Positions 10,367 through 21,377 of a stretch of DNA of 64,000 nucleotides are shown here, one piece after another. How positions within the stretch are numbered: position 1 is the stretch's first letter; the number at the start of each line of letters is the position of its first letter. Under the pieces are notes generated by a model. The model did not search any database. It was not told where the DNA came from and saw nothing but the letters and a program-made list of their open reading frames with translations. Origin of the DNA: Lepidodermella squamata (Eukaryota > Animalia > Gastrotricha); NCBI GenBank assembly GCA_047495785.1, contig JBLDXI010000004.1, positions 2,542,001-2,606,000 on the forward strand, written 5' to 3'. A program made the translations under genes and the position numbers.

Positions 10367-13266
10367 TTATTTTGAAATAGCCCGCTCGAGTGTTTCGATA
10401 GTAGTGCGCTTGTCATCGGCAGATACACTTGCATCGCAGTTCGCAGCCCAATGCAACGCTGTTTTATTACTGCGATCTACAGCTTCAATGTTAGCGCCGA
10501 ATTTTGTGAAGAGAATTTCAGCAACATCGTGATGGCCTTTATATGCGGCTGCCATCAACGGCGTAAATCCATATGTGTCGGCCATATTCACGTCGGCCTT
10601 GAAATCGCTAGCAAACATCCTCACCACGTCGACGTGGCCGTTTAAGGCGGCGGTCCAAAGTGGCGTACGGCCATCTTCCTTGGCCTTATTCACATCGGCT
10701 TTGAACTCGCTAGCTAACATCCTCACCACCTCGATGTGGCCGTTCTGGGCGGCGACGTACAGTGGCGTACATCCCTCCTTCTCGGCAATAGTCACGTCGG
10801 CCTTGAACTCGCTAGCTAACATCCTCACCACCTCGATGTGGCCCTCCTGGGCGGCGAGGTACAGCGGCGTAATTCCATCTTTCTCGGCCATATTCACATC
10901 GGCCTTGAACTCGCTAGCTAACATCCTCACCACCTCGATGTGGCCGTTCTGGGCGGCGACGTACAGTGGCGTAAATCCATCTTTCTGGGCCATATTCACG
11001 TCGGCTTTGAACTCGCTAGCTAACATCCTCACCACCTCGACGTGGCCGTTGAAGGCGGCGGCGTACAGTGGCGTACGTCCATCTTTCTCGGCCATATTCA
11101 CGTCGGCTTTGAACTCGCTAGCTAACATCCTCACCACGTCGACGTGGCCGTTTAAGGCGGCGGTCCAAAGTGGCGTACGGCCATCTTCCTTGGCCTTATT
11201 CACATCGGCTTTGAACTCGCTAGCTAACATCCTCACCACCTCGATGTGGCCGTTCTGGGCGGCGACGTACAGTGGCGTACATCCCTCCTTCTCGGCAATA
11301 GTCACGTCGGCCTTGAACTCGCTAGCCAACATCCTCACCACCTCGATGTGGCCCTCCTGGGCGGCGAGGTACAGCGGCGTAATTCCATCTTTCTCGGCCA
11401 TATTCACATCGGCCTTGAACTCGCTAGCTAACATCCTCACCACCTCGATGTGGCCGTTCTGGGCGGCGACGTACAGTGGCGTAAATCCATCTTTCTGGGC
11501 CATATTCACGTCGGCTTTGAACTCGCTAGCTAACATCCTCACCACTTCGACATGTCCGTTGAAGGCGGCGGTCAACAGTGGCGTAAATCCATCTTTCTGG
11601 GCCATATTCACGTCGGCTTTGAACTCGCTAGCTAACATCCTCACCACTTCGACATGTCCGTTGAAGGCGGCGGTCAACAGTGGCGTCGCACTGTTTTTGC
11701 TGCAAACTTCAATGCTTGCCTCAAATTGCTCGGCAAGTATCTTCACAATGTCGATGTAGCCTTTGTTAGCAGCAAGGTTCAATAGAGGAAATCCCTCTCC
11801 GTCTTTGCAGTCTGGGCTAAGACCGAGGTCACTGTTCGACAGTAGCTGCACCAATTTCAACACGTCTTTCCGCAGACATACGCAGTCGAATAGCTCCTGA
11901 AAAAATATGTACATATCCATCGCCTGAATCAAGCGTAATAAATGCGGAGATACCTTAACAGCCTCTTGCTTGGGTTCGACGACTGATAGATCTGGCTGAA
12001 GAATATAAAGAGCAAAGTTTCAAGCAATGATCCATATGCCATGGAAGCTATTCAAACCTTTGTATACCGCATCGGTGCTGATTTTAGCAGATAACTACTG
12101 GCTTGAAGCTGATTCGAGGTCGGTCGATCCTCAGGAATCAATGCGAGCATTGACATTACAAAATCGCGAAACTCATCGGTATAGCCGCGGGATTCGTCAA
12201 ATGGTTTCAGGTTATTGCTAAATTATTATTGAGCTTAGCTTGAAATTTCGAATTTCAGCTCGAAAGTTTACCTCAATATACCAGCCATCGAGTTGATCTG
12301 TAAATTTATTTTGAGCTTAGTAAGTAATTACTCAAGATCATTCTCATACTGGTTCTTTGAAGTTTGCTAATTTGAAGAGCGCAAATCCTAACGACCAAAC
12401 ATCACTTGCAACTGATTTCGGTTTACGCTCTGATACTACAGGATTTATTACCTCAGGAGGGGAAGCGGACCACTTTGCTAGAGCAAACATTTTCGAACCG
12501 CTGTATAGAATAGCAAATTTAATACCGAGTGGATGCTCCTTTTCAATCTTACGTGTCGAATTTCTCGATGATTCCCAGGTCACCTAGTTTTGCCGTTCCG
12601 CGGTCTTCTGTTAGCAGTACATTGCTTGCAGTTATATTACGATGAACGATACTCCGGCCGTGAAGATAAACCAAAGCTGATACGAGTTGGCGCGACCATA
12701 TTTGAAGCATGATTTCCGGGATAGGTCTAGTCTCTGCCGCGATCAGGCTTTCGAAACTTCCACCCTTGCAATACTCCATCACCAGATACCTCATGCGAGA
12801 ACCTTGGTATTCCTCTTTATACAGACAATTATGGCTATGTTTGATCAAGCAATTGAGCTTCATACCTTCGAACACGCCGAGAACCTTGGCTATGTTTGCA
12901 TGGCTGATATCGACCATTAGCAAATCCTGTAATTTGAAAATATGCCTACTACATGAATTCTGGGATTTATTAGGTAATCCCCCAGGGTAATCCCATCTTT
13001 TTCCTGAAGCAACCTTTTTTCACTCACTATTGTTTAGGATCGGGATTCGAAAACTCAGAGCATTTGAAACTCACTCTTTCACGAAGAAGTTCGCCGATTC
13101 CGGTGAAGTCTTTTTCAAGGTCCGTCAAGTTGGTTTCTTTCATTACAACGCGTTCTGCAGGGCTCCCATTACGTTCGCACAACATTGATGTTCGTAAGCG
13201 GGCATGACGCCAGGGTTTACCGATGACAGTGAACTGCGACATTGATTGATACGTTCTTGAATCCAT
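10367..13266 (-). CDS. NEK-like protein pseudokinase fused to 14 ankyrin repeats (about 8 exons)
   Basis: Spliced minus-strand frame: MDSRTY..VVMKETNL..ELLRER|DLLMVDISHANI..YLVMEYCKGG..HRNITASNVLL..KLGDLG..SPPE..SDVWSLG..KEP|INSMAGILS|NNLKPFDESRGYTDEFRDFVMSMLALIPEDRPT..YTK|PDLSVVEPKQEAVK|ELFDC.., running in frame into the ankyrin ORF. Confidence 0.8.
10560..11690 (-). repeat. 102-bp tandem ankyrin-coding repeat with a higher-order duplication at 510-bp offset
   Basis: 34-aa units ADVNMAxKDGxTPLxxAAxxGHxEVVRMLASEFK; a four-unit block recurs almost identically 510 bp away. Confidence 0.9.
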
Positions 13267-13738
13267 ATTCAATCCGTGGCTGAACGTGACAGCTGAGAAT
13301 AAATAAAATCCTTAATACCAAAAAGAAACAGACTAAAAGCTTGAAATAGGCGACATTATGTACACCTTCCGACGATAAAAAGCTCGTCTTATCAGATAAC
13401 ATACCAGCCCAATTCGCTACTATGTGATAGTGATATTTTTTTATCTGTGAGTATGGTGCGCCGGTAGAGCCGACTTGGATTAATCTATTAAGCGACTTGG
13501 TTAAAATGTATTCCTCTTGCACTTCCAAAGAGAAAAATTGTGTTTCAATGGGGTACGCATAGATAAAAAAATACTGAAGATATGACACTTGCGCGTGCGA
13601 CATGGTTAACGTTATTCATCTTGCATTTCCTGAGAAAGAGTGACAAGTTGAGTTTGAATGGAAAATTAATAGAGATGGAATAGAGAATATTGAAAAATGA
13701 ATGAAAATTGTAGTTTTTTCAAAAACTTACCATTCGCC

Positions 13739-14381
13739 CAGTGCTTCTCAACCTTCATTTTTCGTCCGATTTTGTGCGGCCCGGCACTCAACTAGGTAAC
13801 TTGTATTGGTTGTGGCCCGCAAGCGTTGTTATCAATCATTTTTGAATAGCTTTAAGGTCCAATTGATGCCCGGAAGTCCAACTACAGGGTTCCTATGAAT
13901 CCTCCAAATTTAAAGCCATTTAAGCCCATTTTCGGGTTGAAAATGCTCAAAAAAGCGTCAACTAAAGCTCGCGAATTGATAGTTACCGTAGTTACCGAAA
14001 TATAAGCCCCCACTCGTTTAGAAGCCTGTCTCGATTAGAAGCCTAGGTAAATTGAAATTCGTCGATGCGATGTTAAGGTACTTAACATCTCTTGACATTG
14101 TTAGCTCATTAGACTTGATACCTATTTGATTATTCGTAATACTTACTAGTAAATGCCCAGATTTGTTAAATTTGTTGTGTTTCAATTTTCATGGCAATAA
14201 AGTAAGCGACTAAACAGCAACAATATCTGTTGAATTTCGCTCACATTACAAACTTGCGGCCCGCTGTGTTCTTACAATGCAGAGGTAGCGGCCCGCCGGC
14301 GAGGGCCTGAGTCATGCGGCCCGCAGGGATGGAAAATGAGTTAGAAAATGGCTCATTACGGGAAAAGGTTGAGAAGCACTG
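13739..14381. mobile_element. Non-autonomous hAT element (MITE)
   Basis: 17-bp TIR CAGTGCTTCTCAACCTT / AAGGTTGAGAAGCACTG, exact 8-bp TSD CATTCGCC (13731-13738, 14382-14389), subterminal GCGGCCCG repeats. Confidence 0.9.
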
Positions 14382-14754
14382 CATTCGCCAACCGTTTTAG
14401 GTTACCAGGTCTCTAATCTTGACTTTAATCAGTCAGAACCCATTTGAGCGAGCTCGCAAAAGTTCATGAGGCAAGGCAAAGTTGAATCAAGAGGAACTTA
14501 AGCATAAAAGCCCGAAATTGCATAACAGCTTCACTTCTGGACCTAAAAGGGACCTAAAATCTAATACTAACTCAATTTTGTGTCTTAAGATCTCCAAGTC
14601 CAACAATAGAGCAGCCTGCAGAAACATGTCCCAAAAAATAAACTTGTCAGGATTGCAATTGAGTGAATGGCTAAATTTTAAGTTTTTATTCGAATACATA
14701 TATATGTACGAACATACTTAATTTAAATGCTGACTTACTATTTGTCACAAACAG

Positions 14755-15190
14755 CGACTTGCCCTCTCGGTTACACTTACAATGCATGCTACGACAGCTG
14801 CTACATGTTAAGTTCGGCTCACAAATTAAAGCATAAAATGCTATTAGGCAGTCCTCCGATATTATCAGTCCAGGAAATGTTTCGAATGCGCTCAAGAGAC
14901 ACATGGATCCGACGGTATTCAGCTCAACAGGCCGGTTAATTTCTGCTGAATTTTCAAAATTCTTAACTTCATTTTAAGATGGATCACGGATTGATGCAAT
15001 ATCTATCGCCGTAATTATCACAGCTTCCCCGAGTTCTGACGTTTCAGCCTCTAGAAGAACAGTTAAGCTACCTAGCGTTGTCACGCCGTCGTGTAATTCG
15101 GTTTCAATTGCAATCTGGCTTCAAAAATCGACATTCGGAACTCCACAAACAAGCAGCAAGATTTTTACTGCGCATGGCTTCTCTGTCATC
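14755..15190 (+). pseudogene. Collapsed cluster relic (CTLD exon 2 joined to vWA fragments)
   Basis: TCPLGYTYNACYDSCYM followed by degenerate, frameshifted vWA sequence (GNVSNAL..., [24 protein letters not shown]). Confidence 0.75.
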
Positions 15191-15443
15191 CAAATGCTCG
15201 TTTTACCTCAGAGCTGGACCTTGTCGGATCCCCGGAAATTTGTCTAAATTGCCCTAAATAAAGACTAAATTTAGGGCTCAGCTCAGAAGCCCTTCCAAAC
15301 GTTCTAATTTCAAAGAGCTTACAGTGTCGACGAATAAATATCATCAATGGGTCTAGAATCTGCAAAGCACTTAGATTCCTCATTAGACATGCATTTTTCA
15401 GTTATTTATGCGACAAGCGATTTGTAAGTGTACTGGTTTTGCC

Positions 15444-15458
15444 CAGCGTGGGATAATG
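15444..15458 (+). promoter_or_regulatory. Cluster-conserved upstream motif (gene C)
   Basis: CAGCGTGGGATAATG exact. Confidence 0.6.
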
Positions 15459-15530
15459 CAACCGCCAGTCGTCATCACAAGCTAGTAAAGCTTCGAAGTC
15501 ACAAAGCCAAAACATACATTTTATGTGAAG

Positions 15531-18500
15531 ATGATTTTCCTCCTCATTATTTTGTTGAGCTGCCTCATAAAATCAGCCGAATTAGCTTGCCCAGCATCTT
15601 CTTGCACCATAACGCGTAAGATTAATCGATCAATATGAATACTGTTTTACCGAACTTCAAATGCAGCGACTTGCCCTCCTGGTTACACTTACAATGCATG
15701 CTACGACAGTTGCTACATGTGGAGCTCGTAAGTTCGACTCATTAACACTTTAACTGCCAAAAAGTTTCTGCGAGATCCGATATTTAGATCCAAATCCTGG
15801 GTCTGCCCAAAGTCCTTTTTTCGGGTCAAAGATGCGCCGTAAGGCAAAATGGCAGAGTGTAGGCCCTGACCCAGCGGTTCTTTTGACACCAAATTGGGAG
15901 CCAAAGATCAAGGAACGCACAGAAATCAACTTGCAAAAACGGTGAAATGTCGATTGTTGCGCCATAATCTGGGTCTAAAAATTAGGTCCAATTCTTGGGT
16001 CTGCTTTTTGGCTCTAATCCAAAATTTCAACGCTTTTTCACTGTCATTTTCAAAGACCTGCTCAGACCTTCAGTACCCAAATTCGGTGTCAAAAGAACCG
16101 CTGGGTCATGGCCTACACTTTGCCATTTTGCCTTACGGCGCATCTTTGACCCGAAAAAAGGACTTTGGGCAGACCCAGGATTTGGATCTAAATATCGGAT
16201 CTCGCAGAGTATTTTTGGCAGTTAATGTGTTAAAATACTATCAACTGTTAAAATACTTAGTGCCAAACCCTTCCACATGCATTTCTGAACAATTCCTCTA
16301 ACTTATTACCACTATTAAACCACTATTAAACCTATTTATACAGGGACGCAAAGTTTTATATGGCAGCTCTACAGCAATGCATGGCAAACGGGGCTCATTT
16401 CTTCGTTCCAAATACCGAAGACGAATTCGACTATGTTATGGGAATAGCAAATCAAAGTGTCGCGTACTGGTTCGGACTTCAAGACTGGGCGTCACGCGGG
16501 GCTGGCAACAACGCTGGGCCATGGGTCTACGGCAACAACTACACCAAAGACCCAGATGGGAAGTGGTACTTCATGGACGAAACACCTAATTTCATAACAG
16601 CGTCAAATTTGGTACTTCAACCTAACTCGACCCTAATCGAGCCGGGACCTTACAGCTGGTTACCTTGGGGTAACTATGTCGGAACTGACACCTATGTTGC
16701 CGCGCTTGCTTATTCGTCTTTTTGGGGAGCCTACTCTTTCAACACCTATCAACTGCCTCTTAACTACATTTGCGAGGTATCGAAAGTCTGCTCTACTTGC
16801 GGAACTGGCTTCACTCGCTACCTATCAAACTGTTACTTGTACCGAAACGACTCGCTGGACTACTACGGCGCGAGTGGGGTATGTAGAGCGGCTAACTACG
16901 GAGCTGGTACGACCCTTTGGACGCCTCGCCGCTGGCATTCTATCATTTTCGCGAGATTTCTAGCAGCTGCTGTTGGTTGGCCTCTAACAATTGGGCTTAC
17001 ATCGATAGACCCGCCTTATTCTTGGCAATGGGCTGATAACGTAGCTGTTTCGTTATCTGATAATTTCGACATTCCGCCTTATACGATTCGATATGGAATG
17101 TATATAGATTCTGTGATTCGAATTGTTCATCCTGATTCGGATATAGCGAATTTATCGACAATTTATCAAGGTTTTTCGAATTTGACGTCGGGCTGGCGGG
17201 GCATTAATTCGGCGGAGTGGCAGAATTGGACGAATCGATATGTTTGCCAACAACCGGCTACATCGAGACTAGCCCCAACTACATCAACGTCATCTACGAC
17301 AGAGACACCCACGACTACTTCAAGCTCTTCAATAACAGAGACTACTTCACTTACGGTAACTACGGAAGCTTCGTCAACCGGATTATCGACCTCGGCTGTG
17401 AGTGGTGGCTGTGAGTTTGCTTATCTTTCATGTTCAGTTTGATTCAGGACAAATGCTGAAATAGCAGCCCAGCCTCATAAATAAAAATGATCAATCCCGG
17501 GAAAGAAAAATCCCACAAATTTATGGGTAGCCATTATTTTGTAATGTTCAGCCTTTTCATAACCCTAAAATTGGGTGTTACACTGATACACTGATACACT
17601 GATTTATTGTTGCAATTTGTCTCGCGACGTTTAGCAATTAAAAAGGGTCGAGGCGCCTCACCACCGTGTTGGGCTTCTATTGAAAATCTTAATTGAAATT
17701 ATAATTTCTCCAAGCCATGGAAAACAGTGCGCGAATTAAAGGAACCTCGAACTGAGGGGCATTTTCAGGCTGAAACTTTAAGACTCAGGGGTGCCTCTCC
17801 CTGTTGTTTTTCCCACCTTGGGGAATGAACGTCAACTTGTGACAATACTCTCACTCATTGATACTTTGTTTCTATTGAACAGTTTCCTGTGCCAACTGCA
17901 CTAGTCCAAACCAGCAATGCCTGCCGAACAACACTTGTACTTGCGTTGCCCTTTCGCAGTCGTGCCAGCCGCCAAGCAATTGCAGCATTCTGGTGATTCG
18001 GCCTGTTTTTCAAATCGCAGGCTGTAACGCTCTTTGCCAGCAAAATGACTACGCATTTAGCTATCCCGAACCCGATCCGGAACTGAACCAAGACTTCCAG
18101 TGGAGGAGGATAAGCGGCCTGACAGGAAATTGTACTTCTTTCGAATCGGTCAGCAGGCCGAACTATGTCTTACGTCACTCCAACTTCAGGCTCTTTCTCA
18201 CTTGGAACAATGGAGATCAGTGGCTCGCTTTGGATGCGACGTTCTGCGAGAGGCCACTAGTTTCCGGGGTTGGCTACGAAGCTGTCAATTTTCCCGGGTT
18301 TTTCATTCACGTCGATGCAAACAACGAAATTTTTATTCGCCAGAATGATTCTTCGCCAGACTTCGAATCTCGTTCAACCTTCTATGAGTCCTCTTTGGGT
18401 AGGATTCGTGATTTTGTACCATCCCATGCTGATTGATGTCTTTCACTACAGATACGTTTACGGCCACCACAAGTTCCTCAACAGCAGCAACTAGTGCTTC

Positions 18501-20319
18501 AAGTTCAGTAACTGCACAAGCTTCGTCAGAACCCTCGACAATCACTGCTTCAGCTACAACAGAAGCAGCAGGGTTAAGTTCGTCGACTCTAGCGACGTTG
18601 CAAGGTACAACAGAGCTACTGACTACAACTTTTCCGTCCACGCCGGAACCCTCTACTGTATCTAGTGAAAGACCTACATCCGCCTCAAGTTCATCAACAA
18701 CAGTGACCTCAGCGACTATGGGAGCCACGTCAGATTCTACTCTTACTTCAACTTCAACAGCAGCAACTTTGAGTATAGTGGCTTCACAGAATACAACGCC
18801 ATCAACTACGACAATCGCTGTGAACTACTGTGGAGATGGCATAGCTCAGGCAAATCTCAACGAGGAGTGTGATGATGGGAATACGCTGTCAAATGATGGA
18901 TGCGACTCGGCTTGCAAATATGAAGGTAGCAGGATTTATGTTTTACGAAATGTTGAAATCGCTATATTTCCTACCCTCAATGCGTGGCTCAAGTGCCATT
19001 TTTTAGCAGCCAGGCTGCGAAGTATAGAGGTGCTAGGGTGTCGCGACATCTCAGCTTCAAGATGCCAACCAATGGGTCCCCAGACTATCGGCCTGGTCTT
19101 CGGAGTAAGACTAAGACCAGACCAAGGCCGGGTCAAATTTTCGGTCTTCGGTCTTCCCAAGACCAGAGAGGAAATTTCGGCCTGTCTATGGTCTTTGGTC
19201 TTGGTTTAAAGACCTGGCTACAATTTCGGTCTGAGTCTTGGCCTTACTCTAGGGCAAAAAGGTCTGGTCTGGCAAGACCAGGAAAAAATGACAGACCGAT
19301 AGTCTGTGGCTCCCCTTGAAGGTTTTCAAGGCCTAGAACTGAAAAAGCTCTCCAACTTAGAATCCTAATTCTGTAGATAATGGTTACCTATCCATCAAAT
19401 TTTTCTCTGCCTACTTCGCACGCCGTATGCAGCCCTCTTCATGATCCCATGAAGAGGTTCGAAGGCGATTTATCATGTCTAGATATACTTTTTTTTACCT
19501 TTGCTATCCGATTGACAATGGCCGTGGATTCTCGATTCTAAAACAATACTAATTTTTCGATTGCGATGTTGTGAATTTTCTCAGTGCTGACTACCAAGCT
19601 GGATGTCTATTTTGCGATCGATTGTTCTCGTTCGATTTCCATGACGAACCTGCCAGCCCTAAATGGCCTTTTAAAAGTTCTTACAGAACAACTTGTTCTC
19701 GTTTCCACTTCGATACAGGTATACCGCTTAGTAGATCACAGACAAACCATAAAATCACAGACAAACCATACTTGTAAATAATTCAGCTTCGTGGAGTACT
19801 AATTTTTGGTGGTCGAGTAGCTGGAATACGTGTCGCGACTCTAGCAAAGGGCACCTCGCAATTGACAGACTCGAGTTCAATTGATTCTTTGTACAGCAAG
19901 CTCACTTACTTCGCAGGCCCTGGAAATGCCTCGAATGCGCTCAGCAGACTTATGGATCCGGCGATTTTCAGCTCAAAAGGTCAGTTAATTCATTTCAGTT
20001 AATTCCTGTAAGACTAATAAAAAACGTAAATTGTTTAGATGGATCTCGGTTAGATGCAATATCAGTTGCCGTAATTTTTACGGCATCCCCAAGCTTCGAC
20101 GTCTCAGCTATGGAAGAACAATTAAGCTACTTGGCGTCCGCAAACCGGCGTTTAATTTTGGTTCAGTTGCCGGCTAGCTACAAAAATCAGAATTCAGAGT
20201 TAGATAAACAAGGAGGAAGATTCACTGCGCATGGCTTCTCTGTCATCAAAATTGAGAACTGGACAAAAACGATGGCCTATGCTCCAGCTATATTACACGA
20301 ACTTCAAATAATTACGTGA
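15531..20319 (+). CDS. Gene C: chimeric SP-CTLD-CTLD-mucin-AbfB-mucin-MyxoCys-vWA; exons 15531-15615, 15667-15727, 16344-17410, 17883-18398, 18452-18925, 19585-19718, 19787-19979, 20039-20319
   Basis: Frame-preserving GT-AG joins. The CTLD exon ends at GGCT|GTGAGT and joins the AbfB exon in phase 1. No signal exon lies between 17410 and 17883. Confidence 0.75.
15746..16229. mobile_element. piggyBac-like MITE in intron 2 of gene C
   Basis: ~150-bp near-perfect terminal inverted repeats (CAC(T/A)TTAACTGCCAAAAA...) flanked by TTAA on both sides. Confidence 0.85.
19081..19306. mobile_element. hAT-like MITE in an intron of gene C
   Basis: TIR CAGACTATCGG / CCGATAGTCTG; 8-bp TSD TGGGTCCC / TGGCTCCC (1 mismatch); internal AGACC/GGTCT repeats. 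Confidence 0.75.
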
Positions 20320-20451
20320 ATTTGACCACCTCGGTTCCCGAGTTCAACTAATAAATCAAAAGATAATGCATCACGTTTGAAAGGATTCCGAACCTAATGC
20401 AACACAATCATTTGAATTAGAACAGTGCGAACTCGCTCTGCTTTCGATAAA

Positions 20452-21077
20452 GCAGTTTTGAAAAGAGTGAAAATAAATGCGCTACTAAAATGGGTAAAAG
20501 TGCTACTAAATTAGGTAAACTGCTTAAATCGTGTAAATTGCTACTAATTCGCGCAATTTGCTACTAGTTTGAGAAATGCGCTATTATGATGAAAAACGTG
20601 GTGAATGAAAGTTGTAATTATTTCAGTTGGCTTTACGAATTATGCTCCAGCCTGTAGAACAAATATCGATAACAATAATCGATTTTCAAAACGAAAGTTT
20701 TTTTCGAAATGGATCGGCTAAAACTTGCAATGATTGGTCAAAACTAGCCTTCTTAGATTCGAGAACAGAAAAGTCAAGGCATTCGTGTATGCGGCAGTCA
20801 TTTCCATGCCAATCACCACAATTAAGATATCTCGTTTATATAGCAATTTTTCCAATTTACCATCACATTCCCAAAGTACTAGCGGTTTTGTCAAAATAGT
20901 GGCACTTCTCCACATTTAGTGTCATATTACCTGCTTTATCAACACACTTGACGTTTTATGCGCACTTAGACAGATTTAGTAGCACTTCGCGCGAAATAAT
21001 AGCAGATTTTGTGTCTGTTTTAGTAGCAGTTTTACCGTTTATAGAGTGTCATTCGCACGCACCCTTTTGAAAACAAC
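20452..21077. mobile_element. Degenerate foldback/MITE-like element
   Basis: Repeated TGCTACTA at the left and TAGTAGCA at the right, imperfect inverted ends; no clear TSD. Confidence 0.35.
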
Positions 21078-21321
21078 AGCGAGGGATTAAGGACGAATTT
21101 CATACGAATCCCGTTGTCTGTCGTAGTAGAGTACTCTTGGATAAAAAAGAGGGAGCTATGGTTTGGGCACCTCTGGACCCCTGGACCTTTATTTTTCCAA
21201 TTTGCTTTTCAATTCTCTTCCACCTCGGCAAACTCTTAATTATGATCAGTAGCTTCCCTTCGCACTCTGTTATGAGTTATTAAAGCGCCAATCAATTTCT
21301 GAGAGCATCGCCAGTTTAGCT

Positions 21322-21336
21322 CAGCGTGGGATGAAG
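21322..21336 (+). promoter_or_regulatory. Cluster-conserved upstream motif variant (gene D)
   Basis: CAGCGTGGGATGAAG. Confidence 0.5.
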
Positions 21337-21377
21337 CAAGCAAACAGCGAGAAAAGCCGTGGATCATCGGAGTCGCG

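Noticed and set aside
10575-11759. 394-aa + strand repetitive ORF, or a CRISPR-like appearance of the 102-bp repeats
   Set aside because: It is the antisense frame of the ankyrin repeats. The units are contiguous coding repeats without unique spacers, and no cas genes are present.
15713-16301. ORFs with mirrored peptide sequences on both strands
   Set aside because: Artefact of the MITE's long inverted repeats.
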